Position numbers and translations under genes: made by a program | The notes under the pieces: model-generated | The model's input: only the letters and a program-made list of their open reading frames with translations | What the model was told of the DNA's origin: nothing | Database searches by the model: none | Shown: piece after piece, positions 1 through 9,933 of the stretch | How the letters are laid out: the number at the start of each line of letters is the position of its first letter | Position numbering within the stretch: the first letter of the stretch is position 1 | Assembly (NCBI GenBank): GCA_964495325.1 | Contig: CAZBVI010000002.1 | Coordinates: forward strand, 125,729 to 189,728 | Direction of reading: 5' to 3' | DNA: 64,000 nucleotides | From: an uncultured bacterium | GTDB lineage: Bacteria; Deinococcota; Deinococci; Deinococcales; Trueperaceae

Positions 1-80
1 GTCAACCAGTGTGTTGCCCTGTGCGCGAGCCTTGCTTTCAGGCAAGGACTTGCCCTCGGAACCGATGCGCGTCCCGCACG

Positions 81-1196
81 CTAGTTCACCCCTAGCGCAC
101 TAGGCAGCAGGCTGGCGTACAGCCGTAAATACTTATCAAGCATCTGATCAAAGGTAAAGCGCTGCTCATAGCGCAACCTTGAGTCTGCACCCATCCGCGA
201 CCTCGTCACCGGGTCTTCCATCAACCTTCGAACCTTGTCACCCAGCTCAGCGGCATCACCTACCGGCACGACCCAGCCGTTCTCACCATCTGCGACTGCC
301 TCTTCGACTCCGCCGACCTTTGAGGTAATGACTGGCAGACCCGCTCGCATTGCCTCAAGAACACTGCGTGGGAATCCCTCCCATCTGGACGCCAGAACGA
401 ACACCTGAGACCGCGCGAGCAGCTCCGCGATATCGGTGCGAAGCCCCAGGAAACTGACCCGCCCGATTATCCCAAGCTTGGCAGCCAGCTCCCGCATGGA
501 TCCTTCAAGCGGCCCGCTGCCGATAAGGTCCAGGTGCCAGTCAAGGTCAATGCAATTGGACAGCGCGTTGAAAAGGGTCTCATGATCCTTCGGCTCTTCG
601 AAGCGCGCGATCATGACAAGCCGAACCGGATTCGTGCCGGGACGTGCCCGGAGCTCTGAATGTACATCTGGCATCCCGTTGTGAATCGTTATGTGTTTGG
701 CTTCACTGCCGACTCGCTTCTTGAGAGCAAGCTCCTGATCGGCCTGGCAGACGTTGACTATCCTGCTGGCGAGCGGCGCGAGAAGTCGCTCGACAACGCT
801 GTACAGGGTCGCGCTCTTCTTCGGTACACCTTCCGAGAACGTCCAGCCATGTGGCGTATAGACTATTGGCGCACGAAGGCCGATACCGGCGAATCTTCCC
901 AAAACTCCTGCTTTCGCAGTATGGAGTGACAGCAGATCGGGCCTGAAGCGCCTCAGATGAGATCTCAGCTCGAAATATCCCCGAAGATCAGTCAATGGGC
1001 TGATCTCGCGCACCATGTAGTCCAGCGGCACGTATTCGATCCCGTGTGATCGGACATCTTCCGCAAACACTCCCTCTTGGCCGCCCAGCACCAGAACTTC
1101 GTGTCCACGCTGAATCAATGCGATTGACATGTCTCGGATGTGGACGTTGCTGCCCCCGATAGCATCCGATCTGGTCGAAACGAGTGCTACTTTCAT
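81..1196 (-). CDS. Glycosyltransferase, GT4 family (GT-B fold)
   Basis: ORF 81..1244. The likely start is MKVALVSTRSD at 1196, which forms an ATGA overlap with the upstream gene stop. The C-terminal EGFPRSVLEAMRAGLPVITSKVGG matches the GT4 E-x7-E region. Confidence 0.85.
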   Translation of the reverse strand: MKVALVSTRSDAIGGSNVHIRDMSIALIQRGHEVLVLGGQEGVFAEDVRSHGIEYVPLDYMVREISPLTDLRGYFELRSHLRRFRPDLLSLHTAKAGVLGRFAGIGLRAPIVYTPHGWTFSEGVPKKSATLYSVVERLLAPLASRIVNVCQADQELALKKRVGSEAKHITIHNGMPDVHSELRARPGTNPVRLVMIARFEEPKDHETLFNALSNCIDLDWHLDLIGSGPLEGSMRELAAKLGIIGRVSFLGLRTDIAELLARSQVFVLASRWEGFPRSVLEAMRAGLPVITSKVGGVEEAVADGENGWVVPVGDAAELGDKVRRLMEDPVTRSRMGADSRLRYEQRFTFDQMLDKYLRLYASLLPSALGVN

Positions 1197-2308
1197 CACT
1201 TGCTGCCGCTTCCACCGACAGCCGAGGTAATCACCCGAGCCCAAGCGTCAACCATCTTCTCGATACTGAACTTCTCCAGGATCGTTGTCCTGCCCTGCGC
1301 AGCCACTACTTCCCTGTGCTCGACCTGAAGACTCATGACCTTGAGCATAGCTTTAGCGAGAGCCGAAGCACTTGTTCCTTCAGCGATCCAACCTGTTTCC
1401 TCGTCCACTATCAGTTCAGGCACCCCGCCGACCGGCGTGGCCACGGTCGGCACGCCGTGCGTCATCGCTTCCATCACGACGTTGGGCATTCCTTCCCAAC
1501 CCGACGCCAGGATGAAAGCATCAGAAGATGCCAGCAATTCGGGAACGTCGCTTCTCTCGCCCAACAGCCTGATGTTCTCACCTAGGCCAAGGCCCTCGAC
1601 GGCATCTTCAATCTGGGGTCTCTCTGAACCTTCACCGGCGATCAACAGCCGCGCCTCTGGGTGTGCGGCCACTACCTGTCGGAAGCCTTCAACCAGTGCT
1701 CCGTAGTTCTTCTGGGGAGCCAGCCTGCCGACAGCTAGCCAGGTAAAGGCCGTTGGGGTGGATCCACTCGGGTCCGTTGGCACTCTTTCGGGCTGCAAGA
1801 CACCATTCGGGATCACTTGCACCTTTGCCCCTGCAGTCACCCTTCTCCGCGCGAGTTCCCGCGCTGCATAATCAGAGTTAACGACAGTTGAAACAGCCAG
1901 CTTCGCTGTAGCCCTCTCCAGCCGGTCACCGACGTGTTGACCAAGTCGGCTGCTGCCCCCGAAGCGCGTATTGCGAATGGAAGAGACTACTGGCGTGCCG
2001 GTCCACTTACCCACGAGCCTGCCCAGCACGTTAGCCTGCAACATGAATGTGACCACGCAATCCGGTGTCGACGCCCTGATTTCCCGCAATAGTGCCTGAA
2101 CCCGCCTGAGCCCCCCAAGTGGGCCTCTGGCGTCGATGACGACAACTTCAATACCAAGCCTCGCAAGCGCCGACTCCATCCGAGCGCCACCGGCGAAGGA
2201 GATGACGCGGATATGCCAGTTGCGGTCCACAAGTGCTCCAGCCAGTCGGACCAACTGCGTCTCCGCTCCTCCTACCATCAACCCAGTAATCACAAAAGTG
2301 ACTCGCAT
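1196..2308 (-). CDS. Glycosyltransferase, GT4 family
   Basis: 370-aa ORF starting MRVTFVITGLMVGGAETQL, a typical GT4 N-terminus. It also carries WEGMPNVVMEAMTHGVPTVATPVGG. Confidence 0.85.
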   Translation of the reverse strand: MRVTFVITGLMVGGAETQLVRLAGALVDRNWHIRVISFAGGARMESALARLGIEVVVIDARGPLGGLRRVQALLREIRASTPDCVVTFMLQANVLGRLVGKWTGTPVVSSIRNTRFGGSSRLGQHVGDRLERATAKLAVSTVVNSDYAARELARRRVTAGAKVQVIPNGVLQPERVPTDPSGSTPTAFTWLAVGRLAPQKNYGALVEGFRQVVAAHPEARLLIAGEGSERPQIEDAVEGLGLGENIRLLGERSDVPELLASSDAFILASGWEGMPNVVMEAMTHGVPTVATPVGGVPELIVDEETGWIAEGTSASALAKAMLKVMSLQVEHREVVAAQGRTTILEKFSIEKMVDAWARVITSAVGGSGSK

Positions 2309-2311
2309 CTG

Positions 2312-4000
2312 CTATCCGTTCCTTCGGACTACTGGCACTGGCGGTGGTGCCGTCGAGTCATGACTTCCGGGCCAGAAAACTGACAGGCATACGATCCATG
2401 CCGGCAGCAATACTACCGGGTTCGTAATTGTAAAGTCCACCAGGTTCACTGCCATGACTATCGCTATCGCCGCCAGAGCAAGGTTGGCTCCTGCTCGTAG
2501 AGCCCGCCTCAAGAACCAGCCTATTAGTGCGACCATAGAGGCAAGTGTGGGCAGGCCAAACTCAGCAGCGACTCCGAGAACGCTATGGGCGTGATACGCC
2601 CTGTAAACAGGACCCGGGTTGTCAGGGATTGTAAACTCATGGTGAAAGCCGAAATTACCGAACCCGACTCCCGCAACTGGATGGGCGGCTGTGAGGTCCA
2701 ATGCCGTTTTCCATGCCTGCATTCGAGCGACAGTATTCGATCCTGAGAGCGGGTCTCCAATTACCGAGTATGCGACGAACAGAACAGCTGCAAGGCCGAT
2801 GCCGCCCAGCGCAGCTATCCGAAGCAAGCCGGCATACCTTCTGAGTTGCAAGGCCACCAGTACTGCAAGGTAGATGATGAATACCAGGATACCCGCATCG
2901 CTACCCGACAGCCAGATCGTGGCTCCGCCAGTAAGCAAGGCCGCCATCGCGTGTTTCCTGTCGCCGTTTGAGAGGGTGACTATAAGCGCCACCGTTGCCA
3001 GCGCCCCATGGGCAAGCAGGTTGGGATGAGGCAATGTGCCAGCTGATCGACTGCTCTCAAGCGCGATCAGTTGAAATACAGCCACCAAGAGCTGAACGCC
3101 CAGCCCAAGATTGAACCCAATCAGCAATAGGCTCCTGTGCCGGTTCCGCAACAGATGCGGTGCGAGCAGTGCAGTGGCGAAGAGAACTACAGCCGTTCCA
3201 ACCAGCCATTGGATGCCTTCCTGCCACGACACCTTCGCATTGTGCGAACTGAAACGCTGGTCGCTCTCCAGTGCTCCAGGGCGAAGTGTAGCAAGACCGA
3301 TTTCAACTTGAGACCAATCACCGGTCAGAGTGGCCAGGTGAAGCGTCCGTAGTCGTGTTGGCTCATCCAGCGGCTGCAAAGTGGAACTCAACCTGACTAC
3401 TCCGGGTCCAATTTCGCGCAGCTCCGTCTCGGTTCCCTGCCAGCCATCCCGGGTTCTGAAGACGACGTCGGCTCCAAACTCGTTTCCATCATGGCGGACA
3501 ACCGCATTCAGCGTGTAAAGCTGGCCCGCCTCAATAGGTACCTCCTGCCAACTGCGGACCTCGTTGAACTGCGCTCCATGCCGAAAAGTTGTCAGCTGCC
3601 AGAAACCCGGCTCCACGCCCAGCGCGTAGGCACCTTCGTCAGCGGGAGCACGCCACGACTGAAGCCACGAAAGATCTGAGTTCGATAAAAGGTTGTCTCC
3701 GCTCTCTCTATCGATCCTGAGTCCCTCCACGGCAACATTCTGCAGTGGATCATCCGGAACGATCCACAAACCGCTGATGAGTTGAGTGAACAACGGAATC
3801 AGCATCAGCGGGATGACTGCAACGCCAAGCGTGAGCGATCGAGGGCTCGCGCGGCCCATAATCAGCAAGGCCAAAGCAGCCACGACGCTGGCGGCGATAT
3901 AGGCCGCCGGCCATAGAACTATCGTTGCCATCAGGCAGATCAAGGCAACGCGCATGGCACCGTGTCCACGTTGGCGAGGGTTCAGATTAGCCGCTTGCAT
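2312..4000 (-). CDS. O-antigen ligase/polymerase-like (Wzy_C-type) polytopic membrane protein with a large extracytoplasmic insert
   Basis: 562-aa ORF with multiple hydrophobic helices. The C-terminal half has the Wzy_C-like segment YHAHSVLGVAAEFGLPTL. A beta-rich soluble segment of about 190 aa sits between early TM helices. Confidence 0.75.
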   Translation of the reverse strand: MQAANLNPRQRGHGAMRVALICLMATIVLWPAAYIAASVVAALALLIMGRASPRSLTLGVAVIPLMLIPLFTQLISGLWIVPDDPLQNVAVEGLRIDRESGDNLLSNSDLSWLQSWRAPADEGAYALGVEPGFWQLTTFRHGAQFNEVRSWQEVPIEAGQLYTLNAVVRHDGNEFGADVVFRTRDGWQGTETELREIGPGVVRLSSTLQPLDEPTRLRTLHLATLTGDWSQVEIGLATLRPGALESDQRFSSHNAKVSWQEGIQWLVGTAVVLFATALLAPHLLRNRHRSLLLIGFNLGLGVQLLVAVFQLIALESSRSAGTLPHPNLLAHGALATVALIVTLSNGDRKHAMAALLTGGATIWLSGSDAGILVFIIYLAVLVALQLRRYAGLLRIAALGGIGLAAVLFVAYSVIGDPLSGSNTVARMQAWKTALDLTAAHPVAGVGFGNFGFHHEFTIPDNPGPVYRAYHAHSVLGVAAEFGLPTLASMVALIGWFLRRALRAGANLALAAIAIVMAVNLVDFTITNPVVLLPAWIVCLSVFWPGSHDSTAPPPVPVVRRNG

Positions 4001-4031
4001 CAGACAGTGTCGGCTGCACGAAGGTGCACCG

Positions 4032-5393
4032 TCACTCGCTCTGAGGTGCAGAAGCGTTGCACTTAGCTTGTGATCTTCGGCCCACGTCCGGCATACTCCG
4101 TGCGTGGTTCAGCACAGCCAGGTTCAGTGCCACTACCAGCCACAGCACTGGCAGTGTCGTTCCGCCGAACGAATCGCTTGATTGATTGGCAGCAACATAA
4201 AGGGCGCTCGCAAACGGCACGGCGATGAGCATCAGCCTAGAATACTGAGACAGAGCCCGATTGAATACTCCCCTGACCACGCTGGTGCTTGCGAGGCCGG
4301 CGAGCACCAGCAGGAACAGGGTCAGCGCCAGTAGTCCGGTGAAGCCCAGCGTCATGAGAAACTCCATGAATACGTTGTGTGCATGGTGGAATGGCAAAAA
4401 ATACTGTGCATTAGCCGCACCGATACCGACCAGGGGGTTCTCCCAGCCCAGTTGGAAGGCGGTCTGCCAGAGCTCCAGCCGAGACACCACTGCCGATACC
4501 TCAGCCGGCTCGGTCAGTAGACGGACGACGGTATTGATCGTTCTTGGCGTCACGTAAGCCATTACTGCCACGGCCATCCCAACCAGCACTACCGTTGCCG
4601 CTGTGACCCGAAGAAGGGCTTTGAGCCGAACCAGTAAACGGGGGTAAGTGAGCGCTACGAGCAGCAAGTAGGCGAGCACGCCCAACGCGAGGAGGCCCAG
4701 ATTGAGCTTGGATCCAGTCATGGCTATGCCGCCGGCTATGACCAGCACCACTAACCAAGCATTGACCCGACGGCCATGTCCCATGGCAACGGCGATTGCG
4801 ATGGGCAAAACGGTGGTCAGCAGCATCGCGAGCTGGTTCGGATGATTCATCAGGGCTTGGCTACGGTCCCCGTATCGAAGGGTGATTTCAGCAACGCTCG
4901 GCAGGATCAGGCCAAGTATCGAGATTCCGACAGATAGTACCGCGCCGAGCAGTAGCCACTTCACAAGCACTCGGACCCTGCCTGGCCGGTCAAGCAAAAC
5001 CACCAGCGACGCAACCAGGAGTAGGCCTAGGATGTAGCGCAGGGTGAATCTGGCAACAGCCCCAACATCGACCGCGTTTAGTGCGGAAAGCAAACCAGTG
5101 GCAATGATCAGGCTGATTGCAACGAGGATAAGCGTCAGAAAACTGTTCACCAATGGTGTTCGTGGACGCATACGGTCAGCTGCCTTACCACTGATTGCCA
5201 TCGCAAGCAGAATCAATACCAGCCCAGTGACATCCACCAACTGCAAGGTGGCGACGCCAAGGTCGACTCCCCTGCCGATCCACACCGCCAGTGCTATACA
5301 CGCCAGCACTGCCCGCGTAATCGCCTCAGAGATTCGGACACGCGTCCGGGCCAAAGCTGGCCTGAGCCGGGGTCCGCCCGAAGCCTCAATCAT
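4032..5393 (-). CDS. O-antigen ligase family (Wzy_C-type) membrane protein
   Basis: 453-aa polytopic ORF with FHHAHNVFMEFLMTLGFTGLL, the Wzy_C loop plus helix signature. Confidence 0.75.
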   Translation of the reverse strand: MIEASGGPRLRPALARTRVRISEAITRAVLACIALAVWIGRGVDLGVATLQLVDVTGLVLILLAMAISGKAADRMRPRTPLVNSFLTLILVAISLIIATGLLSALNAVDVGAVARFTLRYILGLLLVASLVVLLDRPGRVRVLVKWLLLGAVLSVGISILGLILPSVAEITLRYGDRSQALMNHPNQLAMLLTTVLPIAIAVAMGHGRRVNAWLVVLVIAGGIAMTGSKLNLGLLALGVLAYLLLVALTYPRLLVRLKALLRVTAATVVLVGMAVAVMAYVTPRTINTVVRLLTEPAEVSAVVSRLELWQTAFQLGWENPLVGIGAANAQYFLPFHHAHNVFMEFLMTLGFTGLLALTLFLLVLAGLASTSVVRGVFNRALSQYSRLMLIAVPFASALYVAANQSSDSFGGTTLPVLWLVVALNLAVLNHARSMPDVGRRSQAKCNASAPQSE

Positions 5394-5875
5394 GGTATGC
5401 GTTCGCGCGTCTGCCCATTAAAGTGAATTATAGCTGGGGTCGGGAGTTTCAGGCGCTCAGCCACAATGAGTGGCAACCAAGGTGTATCTGGATGCGTCCA
5501 ACCTACGATCGCGCCTTGAACCCATGTCTCTTGAATCTCAACGCCATCGATATAGTGCTCGAAAGCGTTTGCGACGGTCAAAAGTGCCAAGAAGGCCGGA
5601 AGGTAAGTGTACTTGCGCAAGTCACAACTCCTCGCACTACATTCGACTCGCAGCCCACTTGGGTGAACGGCATTGTTTCGGGCGCGAAAACACTTGTGTG
5701 TCAAGTTCTTGTTATGGTCGGCTACCCGGCACCTCCTTAAGATTCATCCGCACGCTGTCAAAAGACGCCAGCCTCTACGAGCTGCTGGCCCTGACAGATG
5801 CCGTTCACGAAGCCAGACCGCGCGAAGCCAAGGTCGCAGTTCAGGAACTCCATGCCCTACTGACCCGGCGAGAGC

Positions 5876-6381
5876 ATGCCTGAACTGGACTGAACCGCAG
5901 TCGTAGCCGCAACGCTTGAGAAGCTTGACGTCCAAGGTTCTGTGTTCGTTGGTGGCTCGATTATTGCGCTGCTGCTAACAGATGCAGGGTCTCCGCAGCC
6001 TCGCGCTACAGAGGACGTCGACGTGGTACTGCGAATAGAGTCGGCCGCACGGGCATGCAAGTTCGGATCGCATCCGCTCCCTACCTGATCGCCAGCAAAC
6101 TGGAGGCGTTCAATAACCATGGTGACAACGACCTGCGTGTGAGCGAGGCCATCACCGACATCGGCTCTGTTCTCGATGGACGCGCTGAACTGTGCAGAGA
6201 GGTCGCTGAGTCCACCGAAGAGCTGCAAGCTTTCATTCGGTCGCAGTTCAAGCGGCTGATTGAGAGCCAGGACTTCCTGTCTGACCTCGAGGCGCACCTG
6301 CCACGAGATGATTATAGTGGCGCAAGAACACCATTCATTCGCCAAAGAATTCTAGACATCGTGAACGACGGGTGTGCCTGA
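5876..6381 (+). pseudogene. Degraded nucleotidyltransferase-fold gene (AbiEii/MNT-like), with an in-frame stop, a frameshift and an internal deletion
   Basis: ATG at 5876 overlaps the upstream ORF stop (ATGCCTGA), and there is an in-frame TGA at 5891-5893. The frame then reads VFVGGSIIALLLTDAGSPQPRATEDVDVVL (NTase G-S ... DxD-like core) and ends at 6088. The C-terminal part, APYLIASKLEAFNNHGDNDL...DIGSVL, continues in another frame (6055..6381). Confidence 0.4.
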
Positions 6382-6404
6382 AGCATTATCCGCTTGAAGT
6401 CCGC

Positions 6405-7754
6405 TTATCGCCCAACCCCCACGTAATCGAAGCCGGCCTTGACCGCGTCAGCTTCATGCAACAGGTTCCGAGCATCCATCAGTACGCTGCCGCGCATCGA
6501 CTGCCGCATCTGCGCAAGCGGCAACCGCCGGTACTCCTCCCAGTCGGTTACTACGACTACCGCATCGCAGCCCCGCGCCAAATCAACCGCGCTATCGGCG
6601 TATTCAACGGGCAGGTCCGGATAATGCTCCCGAGCGTTCGGCATGGCAACCGGATCGTGCACACGCACCACGGCGCCACGCTCGGTCAGGAGTTCGACAA
6701 GCGTCAGGGCCGGCGCATCCCGCAGATCATCGGTGTTCGCCTTGAACGCCAGGCCGAGCAGACCGATGGTCCGACCCCGCAGCACCTTCAGCTTCTCCTG
6801 CAACCGGTCGACCACGTGCAGGCGCTGCCGCTCGTTCACCTCGATCGCCTTCTTGACGATCTGCAACTCGTAATCATAGTCGGCCGCGGTGGATACGATC
6901 GCCCGGGTATCCTTCCCGAAGCAGCTCCCGCCCCAACCGATCCCGGCCTGCAGGAACCGTGAACCGATCCGCGTGTCCAGACCGATAGCCCGCGCGACCT
7001 CGGTGATGTCCGCATCGACCCTCTCAGCCAGCCTGGCGAACTCGTTGATGAAACTGATCTTCGTAGCAAGGAACGAGTTGGCCGCGTACTTGGTCAGTTC
7101 CGCGCTCGTCGTGGTCGTCGTGATGAACGGCGGTAACGGGTAACGCTCCGGCCGCGGCGTGCCGGCCGGTGCGTCGAACGTCTGATCAAGCAGCGGCTGG
7201 TACAGCTCACGCAGGATGTTGAACGCAGCTGGATTATCCGAACCGACCACGATCCGATCCGGGTAGAACGTGTCGTGAATCGCCTTGCCCTCAGCCAGGA
7301 ACTCGGGGTTCGAGGCGACGTGGACGGTGGCCTCGACACGGCGTCGCTCCAGCACTCGCCGGATGATCGTCTCCACATGCCGGGCGCTGCCTATCGGCAC
7401 CGTCGACTTGTTCACCACAACCAGCTCGGCGCCCGCCTGGATCTGTTCGGCGACCTCGTTTGCCGCCGCATCGACGAACTGCAGGTCGGCATCACCATTG
7501 CCCTTGGTCGGGGTGCCGACGGCGATGATGACGACTCCCCTGCCCTTCAGCTTGGGAATGTCAGTCTGGAAGCGCGCGGGTGTCACCGCCAGCAGTTCTT
7601 CCAGACCGTCCTCGTGGATGGTTGCCTCGCCGCGTTTCAGCCGTTCGACGATGCTCGGGTTCTTGTCCACGCACGTGACGTCGTGCCCTAAGTAGCCCAG
7701 CGACAGGCCCGTGGTCAGGCCGACGTAGCCAGTCCCGATGATGGTCACGTTCAT
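6405..7754 (-). CDS. ugd: UDP-glucose 6-dehydrogenase
   Basis: MNVTIIGTGYVGLTTGLSLGYLGHDVTCVDKN is the Rossmann N-terminus. GGSCFGKDT contains the catalytic Cys motif of the UDP-glucose/GDP-mannose dehydrogenase family. A GAGGAG Shine-Dalgarno sequence lies upstream of the ATG at 7754. Confidence 0.9.
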   Translation of the reverse strand: MNVTIIGTGYVGLTTGLSLGYLGHDVTCVDKNPSIVERLKRGEATIHEDGLEELLAVTPARFQTDIPKLKGRGVVIIAVGTPTKGNGDADLQFVDAAANEVAEQIQAGAELVVVNKSTVPIGSARHVETIIRRVLERRRVEATVHVASNPEFLAEGKAIHDTFYPDRIVVGSDNPAAFNILRELYQPLLDQTFDAPAGTPRPERYPLPPFITTTTTSAELTKYAANSFLATKISFINEFARLAERVDADITEVARAIGLDTRIGSRFLQAGIGWGGSCFGKDTRAIVSTAADYDYELQIVKKAIEVNERQRLHVVDRLQEKLKVLRGRTIGLLGLAFKANTDDLRDAPALTLVELLTERGAVVRVHDPVAMPNAREHYPDLPVEYADSAVDLARGCDAVVVVTDWEEYRRLPLAQMRQSMRGSVLMDARNLLHEADAVKAGFDYVGVGR

Positions 7755-8276
7755 GCGACGCTCCTCTTGCTGCTCACTGTTTGATAGTACCAACTATGTG
7801 CTGGCCGTCGTCCGCGACGGCAACTCGCTGATGCTGAACATCGCGTGGCACACCAACACCGCGGCACCGAGGGCTTTTGCATCCGGGCCCAGAGTCGAGA
7901 TATCGACCTGGGTTCGCTCACTCCCAGGCGACTGTTCCAGAATGGACAGCCGTCGGATACGACTCTTTAGGCAACCCGATCGCAATATCCTGTGCCACAT
8001 ATACGCCCTCGTTCCTTGATCAGAAGTTCACCACAATGCTCAACCGCAGTGGATCATGTCCAGAATCGTGCCAAGTGTGCTCCAGCCCCAGCAACCTTGA
8101 AGTGCTTACCAACCAGAGCACGCACGCATTCGTTCACCAATACGCCAAACTTGAGGCCGCCGGCATCGTCCACATCTTCACGTTGGAATAGCTATTGAAA
8201 GTGCGCAGCGAGGAATGCGACACGCCATACTTGTGACCCGGGCTGCGAAGTTCCCGCCATTCCTTATGATGCCTGC

Positions 8277-8780
8277 ATGAGTGGGGCCAGGTCACGCGCA
8301 GCCGTCCTTACGGCTGCGCGGCGTGTAGTCATCGTAACTCTCGTCTGCGGCGCGGTTGCCACGCTGCCTTGGCTCGCAACTCAACTCAATCCTTATGGCG
8401 ACGGAGCGATGATTCGCCACTTCGAGCGAAATCTGGATGCGTTGGCAGACCCGTACTCGTTGGAGTTCGTTTCCGACCAGGCAGAAGAGTCCTGGCTGCG
8501 CAACTTGCGTATATCGAGAACGAACTTCTTTCGGGGCGCCCGTGTCTTTGAGGTCCACCGCTTCACAGGTCTAGGCATGGGCGACTACGGAGATGCGACC
8601 CGAGGCTACGCATTCTATCCAGACATTTCCGAATCGCGGGACCTACACGTAGTTGAACAGGTATGCGGTCTTACAGGGATCTGCGACGATAGGCCCGGCC
8701 ACAACTATTTCCGGCACTTAGTTGGGCATTGGTATCTGTACTGGATTCGCCCAGCCGTACAGCATAGGGAGCTTGAGTAG
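8277..8780 (+). CDS. Hypothetical protein with an N-terminal membrane anchor
   Basis: 167-aa ORF with one hydrophobic helix (VVIVTLVCGAVATLPWLA). No recognisable family. The region is visibly more AT-rich than its neighbours. Confidence 0.4.
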   Translation: MSGARSRAAVLTAARRVVIVTLVCGAVATLPWLATQLNPYGDGAMIRHFERNLDALADPYSLEFVSDQAEESWLRNLRISRTNFFRGARVFEVHRFTGLGMGDYGDATRGYAFYPDISESRDLHVVEQVCGLTGICDDRPGHNYFRHLVGHWYLYWIRPAVQHRELE

Positions 8781-8941
8781 CACATTCGCAACTCCCTGCC
8801 TCGTGGATCAGACATGAGCTGACATTTGAGCGGTGCAGCAACTCGTTGTGACCGTGCCTCCGGCCACGCTCGCACGTGGGAGTGGAGTGCTGGCTTGCAG
8901 TTGTCGGCAAACCCCAGCGACAGCACGATCCTTAGTACCCC

Positions 8942-9901
8942 TCAGCTCGGCACAAGGTCTTCCCACACTCCCGATGCAGGTGCGTCGTACTGATCCGGGA
9001 ACAGGTCTGCAAGTCGCGCTTTGAGGAACTCAAGCGAGTTGACCTCGGGTTCGTACCGCACGGTGATCGAGTGATGCTTCTTGCAGAACATCCCTACGAA
9101 CTCATTGACCGCATGGCTGTGCACAATCACGTCACACTGCATCAGCGGCTCCATGTCCTCGATCGCGTCCGTTATGAACGGAGTCACTTCGACATCCCGG
9201 GAATAGACGCGTACCACGTCACACAATCTTAGGGCCGCCGTCTGGTTCGTGGCGAGGGTCGCTACTCGCTTGCCGGTGGCGATCCGGGACAGCTGGACCA
9301 TGGTGAGCGTGGTGGGCATCGAGTTGATCACGATGACTGGCGTTACTTCGTTGACGGCCTGATGCACCGAGTCGCTGTGGTTCGGCACCGTGATGACAAC
9401 GTCAGCCATCATCAGGTGCTTCTCCGCATTAGTGCTGAGCTCACCAAGGACCACAGGTTCGACGCGCAGTCCGAGGGTGGCTGACAACACGCTCGATACA
9501 TCCAGCGCATCGTACTGATTGCATTCAACAAACAGCAGGCGCAGGGGCTCGGAGTGCGAGTCAAGACTAACGGCGTCCTGGAAGAGTCGCCTCAGTTCAT
9601 CCGGGCCAACTCCCGCACTGAACGCCCTGTCAACTACGCGGAGCAGGTCCCGCTGCAGCTGGTGCAGGACGTTCGGCCGGTCCTCGCTGTCCGGATAACG
9701 GATCACAAATGTTCCACGACCCCGCTCTCCCTTGATGATTCCTGCGGCGGCCAGCTCGCGGTACGCGAGCACGACTGTATTCACGTTGGCCCTTGTCTCG
9801 GTTGCCAGCTCGCGGATGCTAGGAACGGTCTCGCCAACCGGATACGTGCCGTCGAAGATCCGCTCCAGGACGAGCGCCTTGATTTTAAGTGCCTTGCTCA
9901 A
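8942..9901 (-). CDS. GntR-family transcriptional regulator
   Basis: The N-terminus LERIFDGTYPVGETVPSIRELATETRANVNTVVLAYRELAAAGIIKGERGRGTFV is a GntR winged HTH. The C-terminal effector domain of about 240 aa is unassigned. Confidence 0.8.
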   Translation of the reverse strand: MSKALKIKALVLERIFDGTYPVGETVPSIRELATETRANVNTVVLAYRELAAAGIIKGERGRGTFVIRYPDSEDRPNVLHQLQRDLLRVVDRAFSAGVGPDELRRLFQDAVSLDSHSEPLRLLFVECNQYDALDVSSVLSATLGLRVEPVVLGELSTNAEKHLMMADVVITVPNHSDSVHQAVNEVTPVIVINSMPTTLTMVQLSRIATGKRVATLATNQTAALRLCDVVRVYSRDVEVTPFITDAIEDMEPLMQCDVIVHSHAVNEFVGMFCKKHHSITVRYEPEVNSLEFLKARLADLFPDQYDAPASGVWEDLVPS

Positions 9902-9933
9902 TGTGCAGCATCCCTCGCAAACGTTCTAGCGCG

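Noticed and set aside
30-47. Short hairpin CCTTGC-tttcag-GCAAGG downstream of the first glycosyltransferase gene.
   Set aside because: It has only a 6-bp stem, lacks a U-tract, and lies at the window edge with no context.
5390-5704. 104-aa minus-strand ORF with an ATGA overlap onto the Wzy_C-type gene start, plus competing plus-strand ORFs at 5423..5740 and 5470..5883.
   Set aside because: No family is recognisable on either strand, and the N-terminus is Cys/Arg-rich and atypical. I cannot decide which strand, if any, is coding. It may be a remnant associated with the decayed NTase module.
5891-5893. In-frame TGA at codon 6 of the NTase-like gene, and in-frame TGA at 27957-27959 inside a P-loop. 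Both were considered as selenocysteine or programmed readthrough sites.
   Set aside because: No SECIS-like hairpin is evident downstream. Both genes also show truncations or frameshifts, so simple pseudogenisation is the more economical explanation.
7794-8276. Roughly 480-bp gap upstream of ugd with short broken ORFs. One, DISTLGPDAKALGAAVLV, faintly resembles the C-terminus of a ROK/BadF-type sugar kinase.
   Set aside because: The resemblance rests on a few residues only, the frames are interrupted, and no start or Shine-Dalgarno sequence is visible. This is not enough to call a pseudogene.
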